DNA of 8,156 bases, from NCBI RefSeq assembly GCF_006345805.1, contig NW_021828515.1, positions 1 through 8,156 of the forward strand, in the 5' to 3' direction. Below, in pieces: positions 7,333 to 8,156 of the stretch (position 1 is the first letter of the stretch; the number at the start of each line of letters is the position of its first letter). The position numbers and the translations under genes are program-made. This stretch comes from Octopus sinensis. Its lineage: Eukaryota. Under the pieces are notes generated by a model, which saw nothing but the letters and a program-made list of their open reading frames with translations, was not told where the DNA came from and ran no database searches.

Positions 7333-7418
7333 TATATATACGCATATATACATACACATATATGTATGTATAGGTATATATATATATATATATTATATAC
7401 ATACGCATATGTATGTGT
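6600..7418. repeat. Extended low-complexity (TA)/(CA)/(TG)/(TACA) field including a long pure (TA)n near 6978-7051
   Basis: Directly visible. Confidence 0.9.
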
Positions 7419-7602
7419 TAGGTGTAATACAAGACGGAGGGATGGCCATCGATGGCGAGTTTACCTCAGGATGAGATTAAGGGAACCAATTTGAAGATTC
7501 AAATGCTATTAAAATTTTAAGCTTAAAACTCGTTGATAAGGTTTCAATCCCTACGGGAATATGTGAGTTATGTTAATGCAAAAAGGAATTGAATGAATGA
7601 AT

Positions 7603-7636
7603 GGGTTGTGGTGGTGGTGGTGGTGGTCTGGGTGGG
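7603..7636. repeat. (GGT)n trinucleotide microsatellite
   Basis: GGGTTGTGGTGGTGGTGGTGGTGGTCTGGGTGGG. Confidence 0.85.
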
Positions 7637-8092
7637 CGTGTCTGTCTGCTAAACCTTGGTTCAATTAGTTGTTGGTTCGTGGCTAATTTGCATAGATTTG
7701 CATATGTTCCAATTTGCATGTAACATCTTATCTGCTCTACTATTCCGTTACTATATTCCTGTCATTCTGTTTGCCTATCTGTTTGTCACTGTCTGTCATT
7801 TTGGTCATTCCGTCCCTCTGTCTGTCTGTCGTTCTCTCTGTTTCAGTAATTGCAAGTATACCTATAGTTCTTGTTTAGTCCTACCTCAGCCCTCATGGAG
7901 CAGACGTATGGTAGTGAAGGCCATTCCGGAGGTAACCATGTTAATTTAAAAAAGAAAAAAAAGTTATAGGACTACAATATCCTGTCCATTTTATCAAACG
8001 GTTGAGGAGGTCAATTTGAGAGAGATATGGCTGTTCGCTTTAGCATTTGTGCTAAACCCACAGAAGTTTTCTTGCACGTTCGCTTAAATGCC

Positions 8093-8094
<2 letters not shown>

Positions 8095-8124
<30 letters not shown>

Positions 8125-8156
8125 TGTATGTATGTATGTATGTATGTATGTATGTA
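8095..8156. repeat. (TATG)n microsatellite running off the window end
   Basis: Perfect tandem run. Confidence 0.97.

Noticed and set aside
7421-7474. Terminal coding exon (TAG|GVIQDGGMAIDGEFTSG*) and the 12-bp palindrome GCCATCGATGGC at 7445-7456
   Set aside because: The acceptor has no polypyrimidine tract, the peptide is unrecognised, and a single short palindrome can occur by chance.
7603-7636. G-quadruplex
   Set aside because: It consists mostly of GG doublets from (GGT)n, with only three GGG tracts. It is reported as a microsatellite.
7841-7936. Candidate exon (acceptors at 7846 and 7878, donor GAG|GTAACC at 7931)
   Set aside because: The upstream pyrimidine tract is a degenerate (CTGT)n repeat and the peptide is unrecognised. 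The segment resembles, from memory only, an octopus repeat fragment (TTTAGCCCCAGGTC..., also weakly at 1245). RNA-seq would be needed.
8039-8056. Hairpin TTTAGCA-TTTG-TGCTAAA as a terminator
   Set aside because: It is a 7-bp AT-rich stem with no U tract in a eukaryotic context, at chance level.

Overview
Eukaryotic, repeat-dominated non-coding DNA, most likely an intron or intergenic stretch of an octopus (coleoid cephalopod) genome. That assignment rests on my recollection of the SINE families and was not database-checked. No intact host gene, RNA gene or CRISPR array is supported, and most listed ORFs are microsatellite artefacts. The main structure is a three-tier nested insertion at 2780-4393. 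(1) A decayed RTE-clade LINE reverse-transcriptase fragment on the minus strand is split in two by (2) a four-armed 'palindrome of palindromes' foldback/MITE-like element of about 660 bp. That element is itself interrupted by (3) a head-to-tail trimer of a tRNA-derived SINE flanked by a single 17-bp target-site duplication. The window also holds a non-autonomous Helitron-like element with ~150-bp internal tandem repeats (1669-2747) and nine SINE copies or fragments from three families. Two of these families share a 3' module carrying a GTCGA-N5-TCGAC hairpin. Extensive TA/TG/TATG microsatellites fill much of the rest.
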